64,000 bases of DNA from an uncultured Lentisphaerales bacterium (lineage in GTDB: Bacteria > Verrucomicrobiota > Lentisphaeria > JABSQK01 > UBA12247). Shown here piece after piece: positions 40,191 to 50,933 of the stretch (position 1 is its first letter; each line of letters starts with the position of its first letter). A model generated the notes under the pieces. That model did not search any database and had not been told where the DNA came from. It was given only the letters and a program-made list of their open reading frames with translations. The stretch lies in the NCBI GenBank assembly GCA_943788985.1, contig CALSSJ010000017.1, forward strand, positions 32,001 to 96,000, given 5' to 3'. A program made the position numbers and the translations under genes.

Positions 40191-40652
40191 ATGGGCTTTG
40201 ACGCACAGATTGAAGCATTGAACCTAACCCTGCCACCCGCGTCTACCCCAGCCGGGGCCTATAAGCTCGCGGTACGCAGCGGCAACCAACTGTATGTATC
40301 CGGCCACGGCCCCACGCAGCTGAATGGTGCCTGGCTGACCGGACGCGTCGTCGATGACCTGGATCTGAAGGAAGCCTACGCCGCCGCCCGCCAGACCGGG
40401 TTGGCCATGCTGGCCACGTTGCGCGCCGAACTCGGCTCGCTTGATGCGATCGAGTATCTGGTGAAAGCCACCGGCTTCGTCAATTGCCCTTCGGACTTCA
40501 CTCAGCAGCCGCAGGTCATGAATGGCTTCAGCGAACTGATGGGTGAGGTCTTTGGTCCTGAAGCTGGCTTTGCCGCACGGAGCGCCGTCGGTGTCGGCTC
40601 ACTGCCGGGGGGGATCCCGGTCGAGGTCGAGGCGATCTTTCAACTGCGGTGA
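40191..40652 (+). CDS. RidA/YjgF family protein
   Basis: LYVSGHGP, V.NGFSEL..EVFG, ARSAVG..SLP...PVEVE. Confidence 0.9.
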   Translation: MGFDAQIEALNLTLPPASTPAGAYKLAVRSGNQLYVSGHGPTQLNGAWLTGRVVDDLDLKEAYAAARQTGLAMLATLRAELGSLDAIEYLVKATGFVNCPSDFTQQPQVMNGFSELMGEVFGPEAGFAARSAVGVGSLPGGIPVEVEAIFQLR

Positions 40653-41734
40653 GCTGGCCGCTTGTTTATGTTCTAATTGGGGTCGGCGCGGCCATTGTGG
40701 CGGCGGCAACTACCCCGCTCTGCCGCCGCCTCGCCAAGACATTCGGCGTCATGGACCGCCCTGCTGGCGAGTCCCATAAGGCACATGGCGCAGCCACCCC
40801 GCTGTTGGGCGGAATGGCCATGCTCAGTGCCTGGTTGATCGTTATTTTGGGGGGAGTCACCGTGCTCTTCCTGGGACCTGATCTGCTCCCGGAGCACATC
40901 GCCGGCATCATCCCTGGGGCGCGGTCTGTCCTTGGCCTGCTCGGCGTGGTAGCTGGCGGTGCCGCGGCCATTACGATCATGGGCCTCATCGATGACCGAA
41001 TCGCTATGGGCCCGGGCAAGAAGCTGTTCTTGCAGATCCTGATCTGCGGACTCACCGCGCTCTACCCCAAGATCCGGATCACCTTGTTTTGGGACCAGCC
41101 GCTGCTCACCTGGTGCATCACCGTGTTCTGGCTGGTTTTCGTCGTCAACGCCTTCAATTTCCTTGACAATATGGACGGCCTCGCCGCCGGCATCGCCCTG
41201 ATCGGAAGCGTGCTGTTTACCATAGTAGCTGCCATTCAGGATCAGAACTTTGTCGCCACCCTCGGCGCTGCCACCAGCGGCGTATCCCTGGGCTTCCTGT
41301 TCTTCAATAAGAGCCCCGCCTCCATCTTCATGGGGGACTCTGGCAGTCACTTTCTGGGCTATGTGCTGGGCGTCATGGCCACACTCACGCTCTTTTACAA
41401 CGAACAGGCCCCGACCACGGCTCCCGTGCTCATTCCGATCTTCATCCTCGCCCTGCCCATCTTCGACACCTTCGCCGTCGTCGTGATTCGCCTGCGCAAT
41501 GGCAAGCCCATCTACCATGGCGATCATAACCATATTTCGCATCGTTTTCACCACATGGGCCTGTCGCGCAAAACCGCCGTCCAGCTCGTCCATCTCTTGG
41601 CAATCGCGATCGGTCTTGGTGCCCTCCCCTTGCTCTGGCTCGATACGCGCGGCGTAATCCTAGTCTTGCTGCAGGCAGCCGCCATGCTCATGCTCATCAC
41701 ACTGCTACATGCTCGACTAAGAAAGGAAAAGTAA
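40649..41734 (+). CDS. Undecaprenyl-phosphate GlcNAc-1-phosphate transferase (WecA/TagO, MraY family)
   Basis: TPLLGG, GLIDD, NAFNFLDNMDGLA, IFMGDSGS, PIFDT, D.NHISH; multiple TM helices. Confidence 0.92.
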   Translation: MSWPLVYVLIGVGAAIVAAATTPLCRRLAKTFGVMDRPAGESHKAHGAATPLLGGMAMLSAWLIVILGGVTVLFLGPDLLPEHIAGIIPGARSVLGLLGVVAGGAAAITIMGLIDDRIAMGPGKKLFLQILICGLTALYPKIRITLFWDQPLLTWCITVFWLVFVVNAFNFLDNMDGLAAGIALIGSVLFTIVAAIQDQNFVATLGAATSGVSLGFLFFNKSPASIFMGDSGSHFLGYVLGVMATLTLFYNEQAPTTAPVLIPIFILALPIFDTFAVVVIRLRNGKPIYHGDHNHISHRFHHMGLSRKTAVQLVHLLAIAIGLGALPLLWLDTRGVILVLLQAAAMLMLITLLHARLRKEK

Positions 41735-43164
41735 TGAAGCATCTCACTTGCCTCACAATCGCGGTCGCGCTCATCGGCTGCCGCACCCCGGAGCCCACAC
41801 AGGAAGCCGAGGTTTCCCTGCCCTCCACGCTCATGGAGCAGATCCGCGACACGGATTGGCAGCCGTTTAGCGATGCCGACTACAATACCGACTCCGCCAG
41901 CAAAGTGCTGCGCGGTGAAATGCCCACCGTGCTGGCCTACGATATCGCCGCGGATGGCTACGGTGGCCTGGGCGTACGGCTCTACGGCGCGGACTTTCGC
42001 GAAGGGACGGATCTGGTATTTCGCGTGCGGGTTTCCGGCGGTCAACTGCAGGCGCTCGAACTGCTCAGCGTGTCCGGCACCGCACAGCGCGTCAAGCTCA
42101 AGCCCTACCTACGCCTGCAGGACGACGACTCGTATACCGCCACCCTGCCGCTTGAGGCCTTCTACACGCTCGATGATGCCGATCGCTCAGAGGTCTCACG
42201 CCTCGGCTTTGTTGTCACCGGGAAAGGCACGCTCACCGTGCAAAGCATCGAGCTCACCCGGGCTGGTGCCCTAGTTGCCGAGACCAATGATTCGGATACC
42301 GCAAGCGGCGATGGCAATGCCAAGGTCGAGGCCATGCCTTCGCGGGGCGTCCCCTCCGGACACGCCATTTTCATGCATGATCTCACGGTCGACGGCGTCG
42401 CCCGCATCCGCCGTCACAACCACGAAGCAGGCGCCGGGATGAAAATTCGCTACGCCTTCGTACACGCGGGAACCATCGGCAAGACCTTGGATGTAGAGAT
42501 GAGCAAGGTGCAGACGGCCCTGCACCAGTTGGGCGACCTCTGGGTATTTCCCATGCTTACGGGCCGCGCCGAGGACTTACCCGAGGACGAAACCGAACTG
42601 CGCGCACTGGCAGACTCAGCCTCGCTTATCGGACGGTATCCGCAATTTGCCGGTCTGCATGTGGACATTTCCCCCACCACCGAGCGCGTGCGTACCTTTC
42701 TCAACGAGATAAACGTAAGGCTGAACAAGCCATTTTCCGCCACCATCTCCGTTCACGCCCCGCCCAAATTTGTCGCCACGTCTGATATGCCGGTGCTGCG
42801 CGGTTTCGAGCTCGCAGATGATCCTGATGCCTATCGCGTCGAGCTGAAACAGCGCGCGATGGCGTTCTCACGCGCGGCCACTGAAGCCAAGCGGCGGCTG
42901 TTCATCGGGCTGCCCCTGTCGGCAACGCCAGTAGAGTTCGAGACCCGCCGCTCCCAGCAAGGCGACCACCCCAGCGGCTTCACCATGGGCCACTACCTCT
43001 CAGGCGCAATTGAAGCGGCAAATGACATTTCCTCGAGCCCGTCGTTCGGCGGCCTGGCTGGCTGGTCGCTCCGAGAAACTCCCGCCCAAGACAGCGAAGC
43101 CAGCTATCACCCCTACGAGATTCGTGACCGCCAGTGGATCGCGCTCTGGCGCTTCGGCCAATGA
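41734..43164 (+). CDS. Hypothetical lipoprotein (putative beta-sandwich plus TIM-barrel-like domain)
   Basis: Lipobox LIGC; TAATG coupling to upstream gene; FAGLHVDISP. Confidence 0.7.
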   Translation: MKHLTCLTIAVALIGCRTPEPTQEAEVSLPSTLMEQIRDTDWQPFSDADYNTDSASKVLRGEMPTVLAYDIAADGYGGLGVRLYGADFREGTDLVFRVRVSGGQLQALELLSVSGTAQRVKLKPYLRLQDDDSYTATLPLEAFYTLDDADRSEVSRLGFVVTGKGTLTVQSIELTRAGALVAETNDSDTASGDGNAKVEAMPSRGVPSGHAIFMHDLTVDGVARIRRHNHEAGAGMKIRYAFVHAGTIGKTLDVEMSKVQTALHQLGDLWVFPMLTGRAEDLPEDETELRALADSASLIGRYPQFAGLHVDISPTTERVRTFLNEINVRLNKPFSATISVHAPPKFVATSDMPVLRGFELADDPDAYRVELKQRAMAFSRAATEAKRRLFIGLPLSATPVEFETRRSQQGDHPSGFTMGHYLSGAIEAANDISSSPSFGGLAGWSLRETPAQDSEASYHPYEIRDRQWIALWRFGQ

Positions 43165-43529
43165 CCACCCGCGGGCCCATGTTGGCCGCCCTGCTGCTGA
43201 TCCCCGGCTGTATGGCCCCCAGTCCGCGCTTCGCCGCCGCGCAACAGCCTGGGGCAGCCCAGCCGCGCTCCGAGACTGTGACCGCTCGCGCAAACCGCAT
43301 CGTCTTGCTACTCGCCTTGCGTAGTCCGCTCAACGCCGGAGACTCTATTCTCATCCAAGACGAGACCGGCAAGCTGGCCGAGTTATTGACCGCGAAGATC
43401 GGCCGAGAACCATCGCTTTCACTTGCCGGCGCGAACTCCGCAACCCATCGCCTCCAGCTCACCCAGAACGCAGCCACATTAGTCAAACTCGCCAGCGGCC
43501 AGACCATCTGGGACGACCCGGGCCCCTGA
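43161..43529 (+). CDS. Hypothetical small lipoprotein
   Basis: ATGA overlap; LLLIPGC lipobox-like. Confidence 0.55.
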   Translation: MTTRGPMLAALLLIPGCMAPSPRFAAAQQPGAAQPRSETVTARANRIVLLLALRSPLNAGDSILIQDETGKLAELLTAKIGREPSLSLAGANSATHRLQLTQNAATLVKLASGQTIWDDPGP

Positions 43530-43603
43530 CCTACGACAATGCGGCTTGTCCTTCCGAACGCGACCGGCACATTTGCCATGCAGATGAACCACGAGGATTA
43601 AAC

Positions 43604-44620
43604 ATGTATTTTGGGCGAGTACTGATTTTTCTGGCAGTGCTGGGAATGAGCCTGCCGACCGAAGCACGGCAGCGGATCAAAGTCAGCCCGGTGAAGGTCA
43701 CAGACCTCTACGGCCACACGATCCTGTATCAAGACCTGCTCGACGGCGAAAACCCCATCCTGCTGGTATTTTTAGACGCCGAGTCGCTCCTGTCCCATCA
43801 GCAGGTAGAGATTGTACGCGCGTCAGCCGAGTTGTTACAGGCAAGATATGGGCTGCATACCGTGCTGCTCTCGAACGGAAACTCCCCAGAGACCCGCGAT
43901 CTGGCCATGCGGAAGAAGTGGAATTTCCCCACCTTCTGCATCTCCGACAGCCGGCTCAAGGCCATGTACGACGTCTTCGAGTACCCTACCATGGTGCTAT
44001 TGAATCACCGGCGTCAGATGATCTGGCGGTACTCTGGTCTCAATGGCGACCGCAAGCCGCTCTGGGAGCGCTGCGCCCGGCAGTTGCGCGAGTTCGACCC
44101 CCAGCTGTACCCGGCAGGTCGCGCCTTCTCCCGCAAAGTGGACTTCCTCACCCTCTATGGCATCGTCGGCCGCACCTCAGACCAGGCAATCCGCGTCCTA
44201 GGAACCCCGCGCCACGTCGATCGCTTCACCTCACTCGGCCGCGCTGAAGCGGTCTACTACTACGGCGGTGATGAGCGCAAAGAAACCTTGCGCAATGGTC
44301 TCTCCGTACGGATTCAGGATGGGAAAATTAGCACCATTCAGTACCGCCCCGGCTACACCGGCGTGTTGTTCGGTGCCGTTCGGATGGGCGCCAGCCTCGA
44401 GGCCGTAGAGCAAGTGCTGGGCGAGCCGCGCATGCTCGTGCAGGACGGATCATTCGGCGACCGCGAAGTGGCTCAGCCCATGTATGTCTATCGCGAGTGG
44501 GGCATCACCACGGAATACGCCGCGCAAGGCCACCGGCCGCTGATGCAGCTCACGATCTCTGGCCCAATGCTCGATTTCGGCGCCGTGCGTGCCGCACTCA
44601 AGAGTGCCAACAAGCACTGA
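43604..44620 (+). CDS. Exported protein with a redoxin/thioredoxin-like N-terminal domain lacking CxxC
   Basis: Signal peptide; DLYG..., PILLVF, YDVFEYPTMVLLN pattern; GAGG RBS. Confidence 0.65.
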   Translation: MYFGRVLIFLAVLGMSLPTEARQRIKVSPVKVTDLYGHTILYQDLLDGENPILLVFLDAESLLSHQQVEIVRASAELLQARYGLHTVLLSNGNSPETRDLAMRKKWNFPTFCISDSRLKAMYDVFEYPTMVLLNHRRQMIWRYSGLNGDRKPLWERCARQLREFDPQLYPAGRAFSRKVDFLTLYGIVGRTSDQAIRVLGTPRHVDRFTSLGRAEAVYYYGGDERKETLRNGLSVRIQDGKISTIQYRPGYTGVLFGAVRMGASLEAVEQVLGEPRMLVQDGSFGDREVAQPMYVYREWGITTEYAAQGHRPLMQLTISGPMLDFGAVRAALKSANKH

Positions 44621-44629
44621 CCGCGCGCC

Positions 44630-45360
44630 ATGAGAGTCGGCTACTGGCACGCCCTTAAAGATAGCGGCATTCAGTGCGACCTCATGCGTGCCTACAAGCT
44701 CAAAGACAGCCAGCGAGGCATGTGTTTTGTGCGTCGGCGCGAAGCTGGCTCCATGGCCCCCAACAAACTACGGTCGCTCCAGTTGATTCGGTATCGCCCC
44801 GATCAAAAAGAATCTGCTCAACCACTTCTATCCCGGCTCGCCCGACCTCTCTGTCGACATTGCTGGCTGCAATCTCGCCTGCAAGTTCTGCCAGAACTGG
44901 TGCATCTCCACTTCCCGCAAGATGGACACAGTTGCGGACTCCGCCCACCCCGGAAGCGATTGCGAACTCCGCAATCCGCAACGGTTTCCGCAGCGTCGCC
45001 TACACCAACAATGATCCCGTCATCTTCCTCGAGTATACTGCGGACATCGCGCGTGCTTGCCGGAACCATGGGGTTGCCAATGTCGCAGTCACCGCCGGCT
45101 ACATCGAGCCTGCCGCCTAGGACGCATTTTTCAGCGGCATGGGCGTCGCAAACATAGGTTTTAAGGCATTTACTGACGACTTCTACCACAAGATCTGCGC
45201 AGAGCACCTGCAGCCCGTCCTCGACATGCTGCGCTACATTCGCCACGAGACCGGTGTCTGGCTCGAACTCACTACGCTGCTGGTTGCCGCAGCCAACGAC
45301 AGTGCAGATGAGTTGACCGCCATGTGCGACTGGACCGTGCGCGAACTGGGAACTGACCGA
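44630..45360 (+). pseudogene. AmmeMemoRadiSam-type radical SAM enzyme, disrupted and truncated
   Basis: GMCFVR, AGCNLACKFCQNWCIS, SVAYTNNDP, VTAGYI, WLELTTLL; several frameshifts and in-frame TAG 45118-45120. Confidence 0.8.
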
Positions 45361-45397
45361 CATCGGGGTCCCATCGGCGAAATTCGGCCGAGAAAAC

Positions 45398-45474
45398 TGG
45401 TGGGCGATGACGGACTCGAACCGCCGACCTATTGGGTGTAAACCAACCGCTCTAACCAACTGAGCTAATCGCCC
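45398..45474 (-). tRNA. tRNA-Val (anticodon TAC)
   Basis: GGGCGATTAGCTCAGTTGGTTAGAGCG-GTTGG-TTTACAC-CCAAT-AGGTC-GGCGGTTCGAGTCCGTC-ATCGCCC-ACCA; encoded CCA. Confidence 0.96.
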
Positions 45475-45615
45475 CACGCAGTGAAGTGGGTACTGATATC
45501 GCCGTTCCCCCGCGCGGTCAATCAGGCATGGTAGATTTTCCTAATCAGCGCATCTTCGTCATCGACGCGGAACGCAGCAGTTTGGCAAGATTCGGAGTGC
45601 AGATACAAGAGGTCA

Positions 45616-46847
45616 TTGATCGTGGTTGTCACACTTGAATTAATTCGTCAGGCCCAAGAAACGCTGACTGGGCAGATCGTGCGCACCCCGCTCCCGCACT
45701 CCCGGACGCTGTCCACCAGTAGCGGTACACAGGTCTGGATCAAGTTTGAGAATCTGCAGTTTACCGCCAGCTTCAAAGAGCGCAGCGCACGAAACCGCCT
45801 GAGCCCGCTAAGCGCTGATGAACGCCGCCGCGGCGTAATTGCGATGTCCGCAGGTAACCATGCCCAAGGCGTGGTTTGTCAAGGAAAGTAACTCGAGGTC
45901 CCGACCACCATCGGGATGCCACACGGCACGCCGTTTACCAGGGTCGAGCACACGCGTCAGCACGGTGTCGAGGTCATCCTTGAGGGCGCGACTCTAATTG
46001 CGGCTGCCGAGCGCGCTCGGGCAATCTGCCACGTGCAGAAGCTCACCTTTATCCCTCTCTACGACGACGATGCGATTATGGCTGGCCAAGGCACGATTGG
46101 GCCTGGAGGTGCTTGAGGACGGCGGGCACTTTGATACTGTCTTGGTCCCGGTGGGTGGCGGCGGGCTGATTGGCGGGATTGCGGTCGCAGTGAAAAGCCT
46201 GGCACCAGCCACACGCATTGTTGGCGTCGAAGCTGCGCGCTACCCGGGCATGACGAACGCGCTTCGCGGGGCCGAGCCAGCTCCTGCAGCGACCGGGACC
46301 CATTACCATTGCCGAAGGCATCGCGGTCAAAGAGCCCGGCGTCCGCAATCTCCAAATTGCGCGCGATCTGATCGACGACATGGTGCTGGTGGACGAAGAG
46401 CACTTGGAGCGAGCCATCACATTATTGGCGGACGTCGAGAAGACTGTCGCCGAAGGTGCTGGCGCCGCAGCGCTCGCAGCCTTACTCGCGCATCCGCAGA
46501 GGTTCGCCGGCCAGCGGGTTGCATTGGTGCTCTCTGGCGGTAACATCGACACCCGCCTATTTGCCAACGTCCTGACCCGTTCGCTTGTACGTGAACAACG
46601 CCTGACTCGGATCCGCATCGTCGGCGACGACCGTCCCGGCATCCTCGCCCAGGTCGCCCGCGTCCTAGGCGACAACGACGCGAATATCATCGAAGTCCGG
46701 CATGACCGCATGTCCCTTGACATCCCAGCCAAAGGCTCAGAATTTGATATTCTGATCGAAACCCGCGACAGTCAGCACACCAACCAAGTGAACGCGGCCC
46801 TCGGCGTTGCCGGCTTTCTGCGGCGCCCGGTGCCCGGTGATGCATAG
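45616..46847 (+). pseudogene. ilvA: Threonine ammonia-lyase with ACT domain, disrupted
   Basis: [54 protein letters not shown]; stop at 45889-45891 and frameshifts near 46100 and 46300. Confidence 0.8.
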
Positions 46848-47193
46848 GTCGAGGTGGACGATCCTTGCCACTCTGTGAGCGACTTCCCGTGCCAAGGGAC
46901 TTTTTGAGGAATGTCGATAGAAACGGCTGGTTTTCTTGTGGTAGTGTACCTACCATAATCATCGCAACGGGCTTTCTTGTGGTGTAAGACAATCAGGCTG
47001 CGGCGTCCGCACATAACGAAGAGATAGCGACGATGAAAACATGCCCCGGCTGGCCTGCCAACTACACGCTCGGCCCAGTTAGACACGAACTTCGTCATGA
47101 CGATTGTGCCAAGGAGCTTGAAGTGCACTACAACATGGCGTCTTGCGCTCAACGGCAAGCCAGTAAGCCAAAAGAGGAGCTGTTCACTACTGG

Positions 47194-48345
47194 ATGAACA
47201 ACAAAGATTTAGCCCCATATAGTTTGATTGATCTCTTCTGCGGCTGCGGCGGTATGACTTCCGGCTTTATTCAGACCGGTATGTTCCGATCAGTCTGGGC
47301 CAATGACTTCAACAGCGACGCGATTCGTTCCTATCGAGCCAACTTCGACCCGAATGGTGAGCACACTACCCCTGGGGACATCATTCAAGTCCTAGAAGCA
47401 CAACGGGACAGTCTGCCGAAGGCCGACGTAGTAATCGGAGGCCCCCCTTGTCAAGGTTTCTCTTTGCTGAACAAGCAACGGCAGGGCGACAAGAGACGAA
47501 CACTCTGGTACCAGTTCCTGCAGGTTGCGCAGCAAGCTGACGCGCGCGTGATTGTGATGGAGAATGTTCAACAGTTACTAACTTCGCCGGAATTCGAGCA
47601 AGTTCGCGAGACGCTGGTCGAGATGGGATTTAACAGTATCGTCGCCAACGTCGTTAACACCGCAAACTACGGCGTAGCTCAGCAACGTCGGCGAGCGATC
47701 ATCATGGCGTCTCGGGACGGTTGGATTTCGATGCCAGCCAGAACACACCATGACCTCGGTGGGAGAGACGAGCAACGGTTATTTACCGAGCTGGAGCCGT
47801 GGCGAGACGTCCGTTCTGCAATCGGCGATCTTCCAGCTCCCGAAGGGACGGAGATTCGTGAAGTGCCAGCTCCGCTGGATCTTCATTTCGGCCGCAACCC
47901 GACTGCGATCAGCCGTGAGCGATATCGAGCCGTTCCACCTGGCGGGAACCGTTTCGACCTGCTGACGAACCGCCCTGACCTGACGCCCGACTGCTGGAAA
48001 CGCAAGAAATCCGGTGGAACCGATCTATTTGGCCGACTTTGGTGGGACCGCCCTTCGGTAACAATCCGGACGGAATTTTTCAAACCTGAGAAAGGGCGAT
48101 ACCTTCATCCGGAAGCGCATCGGCCGATTACTCACAGAGAGGCATCGCGGATCCAAAGTTTCCCTGACGATTTTATCTTCTGCGGCTCCAAGATCGAGAT
48201 AGCTCGTCAGATTGGCAACGCAGTTCCGCCCCTACTGGCCAGAGCCATTGCCGAATCCGTGGTTCACGCACTCGATGGTTCAACCACAGAATTGACGATG
48301 ATGGAGTGTGAAGCAATGTACAGAACTGAGCCTACATATGCGTGA
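47194..48345 (+). CDS. DNA (cytosine-5) methyltransferase
   Basis: DLFCGCGG (I), GGPPCQGFS (IV), ENV (VI), Q.RRR (VIII), RIQSFPD (IX), QIGNAVPP (X). Confidence 0.95.
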   Translation: MNNKDLAPYSLIDLFCGCGGMTSGFIQTGMFRSVWANDFNSDAIRSYRANFDPNGEHTTPGDIIQVLEAQRDSLPKADVVIGGPPCQGFSLLNKQRQGDKRRTLWYQFLQVAQQADARVIVMENVQQLLTSPEFEQVRETLVEMGFNSIVANVVNTANYGVAQQRRRAIIMASRDGWISMPARTHHDLGGRDEQRLFTELEPWRDVRSAIGDLPAPEGTEIREVPAPLDLHFGRNPTAISRERYRAVPPGGNRFDLLTNRPDLTPDCWKRKKSGGTDLFGRLWWDRPSVTIRTEFFKPEKGRYLHPEAHRPITHREASRIQSFPDDFIFCGSKIEIARQIGNAVPPLLARAIAESVVHALDGSTTELTMMECEAMYRTEPTYA

Positions 48346-49275
48346 GATTAGTGCTGTTCAGGCGAGAGATAAGCTGGTTGTACTCCTTGAGGCTTTCGAC
48401 GCGCGCCCGGGCCGGGACTTGCGCTGTCGCGTGTTGGATTTGGTGCCAATCGTCGATTACGTAGGCGAGCTAGGAAAGGTCCTACTGCCAGCAGAGCTAG
48501 GCCGCGCTGGCAAGAAGCGCCTCCTTTACTATTTTCAGCAATACCCCCGCATGATTCTGGACCGCAAGGAGCTGCGGATTGTGGCTGGCATCGACGATTG
48601 GGCCCGACGAGTTCGCGAACTCCGCAAGGAGGAGGGCTGGCACGTAGCAGTGGTGAGGCCATCAAGGAGATGTTGAGCGACGCCGAGTTTGAAGCAGGCG
48701 ATGATCTCCCGACTATCGCGGAACTGCAGGCAATGAATCGAGATTCGTACATTTTGCTAAGCGAAGAACAGGATCGCGATGCCGCGCACCGTTGGCACTT
48801 GGCGAACAGCATCCGCAAGGAACGTGGAGGGGCCAAGAGCAAAATTTTGCGTTTCTTGCAGGAGAACCTCGGTACGCCAGTGTCGACCGAAGAGCTCCGC
48901 TATGTCGCTGGCGGCAAGTCAGAGTGGGGGCGCCGAACGCGCGAACTTCGCACCGAAGACGGCTGGCAAGTCGCAACGAAGGCAAATGGGCGACCAGATT
49001 TACAGATCGGCCTTTACGTCCTGCAAAGCTTGCAACAGCTGCCAGTTCACGATCGCAAGATTCAGGAGTCAGTTCGCCGTGAGGCGATGATGCGGGACCA
49101 GCACACTTGCCAGGAATGCGGCTGGAATCATCGGCTGCAGAACCCGTCAGACACGAGGCATTTGGAACTTCATCACGAGGAGCATCACGTCGACGGAGGC
49201 GAGAATGTACTAGAGAACCTGACAACGCTCTGCAACATCTGCCACGACGTTTGCCATTCGCGCAAGGGCAAGTAG
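48338..49275 (+). CDS. HNH endonuclease, putative cognate restriction enzyme (apparent frameshift near 48650)
   Basis: Overlaps MTase stop; repeated W.RR.RELR.E.GW; C-terminal RD..CQEC..LELHH..H..GG.N..ENL.TLCNICH. Confidence 0.8.
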
Positions 49276-49390
49276 CGATTGTCTTGGGGCAAGAGTTCCA
49301 GTGAGCGCCCTTGCGCATTCTTGGGTCCCACACCCGACGACGCGCTGCCGCCAGCGATAAGACAGAGGCATGTCAAGAGGTACGCATTTA

Positions 49391-50625
49391 ATGGAAGAGG
49401 CCAAACAGCCGTGCCCTAAGCGCAGGTTTCGAGCGCGCTTGTTTGCCGGGGTTGGTTTGCTCTTGCTAGCCGTCTATAGCTTGCTCTGGGGAGCGGCAAG
49501 CCTTTGGCTACACGGCGTCCAACGACAGATCGCCAGCACCGGGCTCGCCTTGACGGCTGCCGATGTCATCCCTGTGCCACCGCCGGACGAGGAGAACCCT
49601 GCCGTCACGCTGGAAAAGGCGTACGCCTTGTTGCGCCCCTCGCCTGACGATGGCCTGCTCGGCGAAATCTTGGAACTCGCCAAGAACCAGCGGGAAGGCA
49701 AGGGGACGCCGGAGGACTGGACAACTTTATGCGGGCACTTGGAACAACCGCGCGTGAAGCAGGCCATCGCTCTGATGCTTACTGCTGGCTCTTTTGACGC
49801 ACACGTGCCAAAGCTCGACTATGTGGGGCCCAATACCCAATTGCCTCACCTGGCACGAATTCGGGCCTATTGCTTCTTGCTTTCGGCGGAGGCCCTTCGG
49901 TTGGCCAAGGCAGAACCAATGCGAGCAAGCCTGGGATACTGTTTCCGCTGCACTTTGCGTTGCGAAGGGCCTGGATTTCGAGCCATTTGCGATCAGCCAG
50001 CTTGTCCGCCTAGCCTGCATTAACATCGTCTGCGATCAGCTGGATGCCATCGCCGCTTACGGCGTGCCCCAAGAAGGCCTGGAAGACATTCATTTCCTGC
50101 TCGCTCCAGATGCGACTCCATTCCGTGACGCAATCGATGGAGAACGAGTCTTAATAGTGCGCTGGGTCTATCAAAATATCCCGTCGCGATACGGCGACGG
50201 ATCGCTTCCCAACCGGGCAGCTCATTTTCTTGGCAACCCCATACTACCGACTCAGCCAGGCTCAGGCTGAACGTTATGCCTCCCGCTTCACATCACCGCA
50301 ACGCAGTACTTGGCCCAAAGAACCGAGTCGGCTATGGCCCAAGCCAATTCCCATCCTCAACCATGGAAAGTTCTGGGATCGCGTCTATTACCAGAACAGA
50401 CGGACGACTCTCACACGAGCCGGTTTGTATGCGCTTTTCTATTTCCAAGAGAGCGGTAAGTGGCCTACCCTGAACGAGTTGGAAGCAGATTTCCCAGCGT
50501 GTGCACATTTTGACTTTACCTACGAGCCTGGATTTGGGCTGTGGCTTGAAGGCGAGCCCCGACCAGATCCTCAGTATGATCCTGCGACCAGACAAAGCAT
50601 CCGCTTTCTATTTGCACGGCCCTGA
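49391..50625 (+). CDS. Hypothetical membrane-anchored protein, split by two apparent frameshifts
   Basis: Three overlapping ORFs (49370-50023, 49794-50270, 50230-50625) read as one protein; N-terminal TM; P.PPDEENPA, LPHL, ISQLVR. Confidence 0.55.
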
Positions 50626-50885
50626 TGCCGGCTGCCCTTTTTAAAATGGCATCATTGCAGAGCAGGCACTATTTCAGCGCCTATCCCCTATTCCGCCTGA
50701 CTCTCTGTCAGCGACTTGCGGCGCAGCTGGTCTTGCTGCTCATGCGCCGCCCTGTCGGCTTCTTGGCGGGAGCGTTCTTCTTGCTCGCGCCGCATCGCGT
50801 TCTTCAGCTGACGCGATAAGACGACGGATTCTGTACGGAGAGACGTCTTGGGGCGCCGGGTGGAGGTGATGCATGGCGAAATAGC

Positions 50886-50901
50886 TGGCACGCAACCTGC
50901 T
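50886..50901 (+). promoter_or_regulatory. Sigma-54 (-24/-12) promoter
   Basis: TGGCACGCAACCTGCT = GG-N10-GC, ~30 bp before ATG 50934, which has a GAGGAG RBS. Confidence 0.7.
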
Positions 50902-50933
50902 CAGGGTGAGTCACTTGTAATGAGGAGAGACAC

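Noticed and set aside
43564..43582. Other sigma-54-like TGGCAC/CGGCAC sites (also near 27891 and 58663)
   Set aside because: GG-to-GC spacing is not 10 nt, or wrong orientation
45118..45120. In-frame stops as recoding (pyrrolysine, selenocysteine or alternative code)
   Set aside because: They occur only in genes that also have frameshifts or truncations; TAG and TGA end normal genes here
46932..46983. Direct repeat TTTCTTGTGGT x2 upstream of the methyltransferase
   Set aside because: Only two short copies; no controller gene; may be chance
45398..49275. Genomic island integrated at tRNA-Val carrying the R-M system
   Set aside because: R-M genes lie on the 5' side of the tRNA; no integrase or duplicated tRNA 3' end found
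50688..50891. 67-aa charged minus-strand ORF
   Set aside because: No RBS or motif, and its start overlaps the sigma-54 site of the opposite gene
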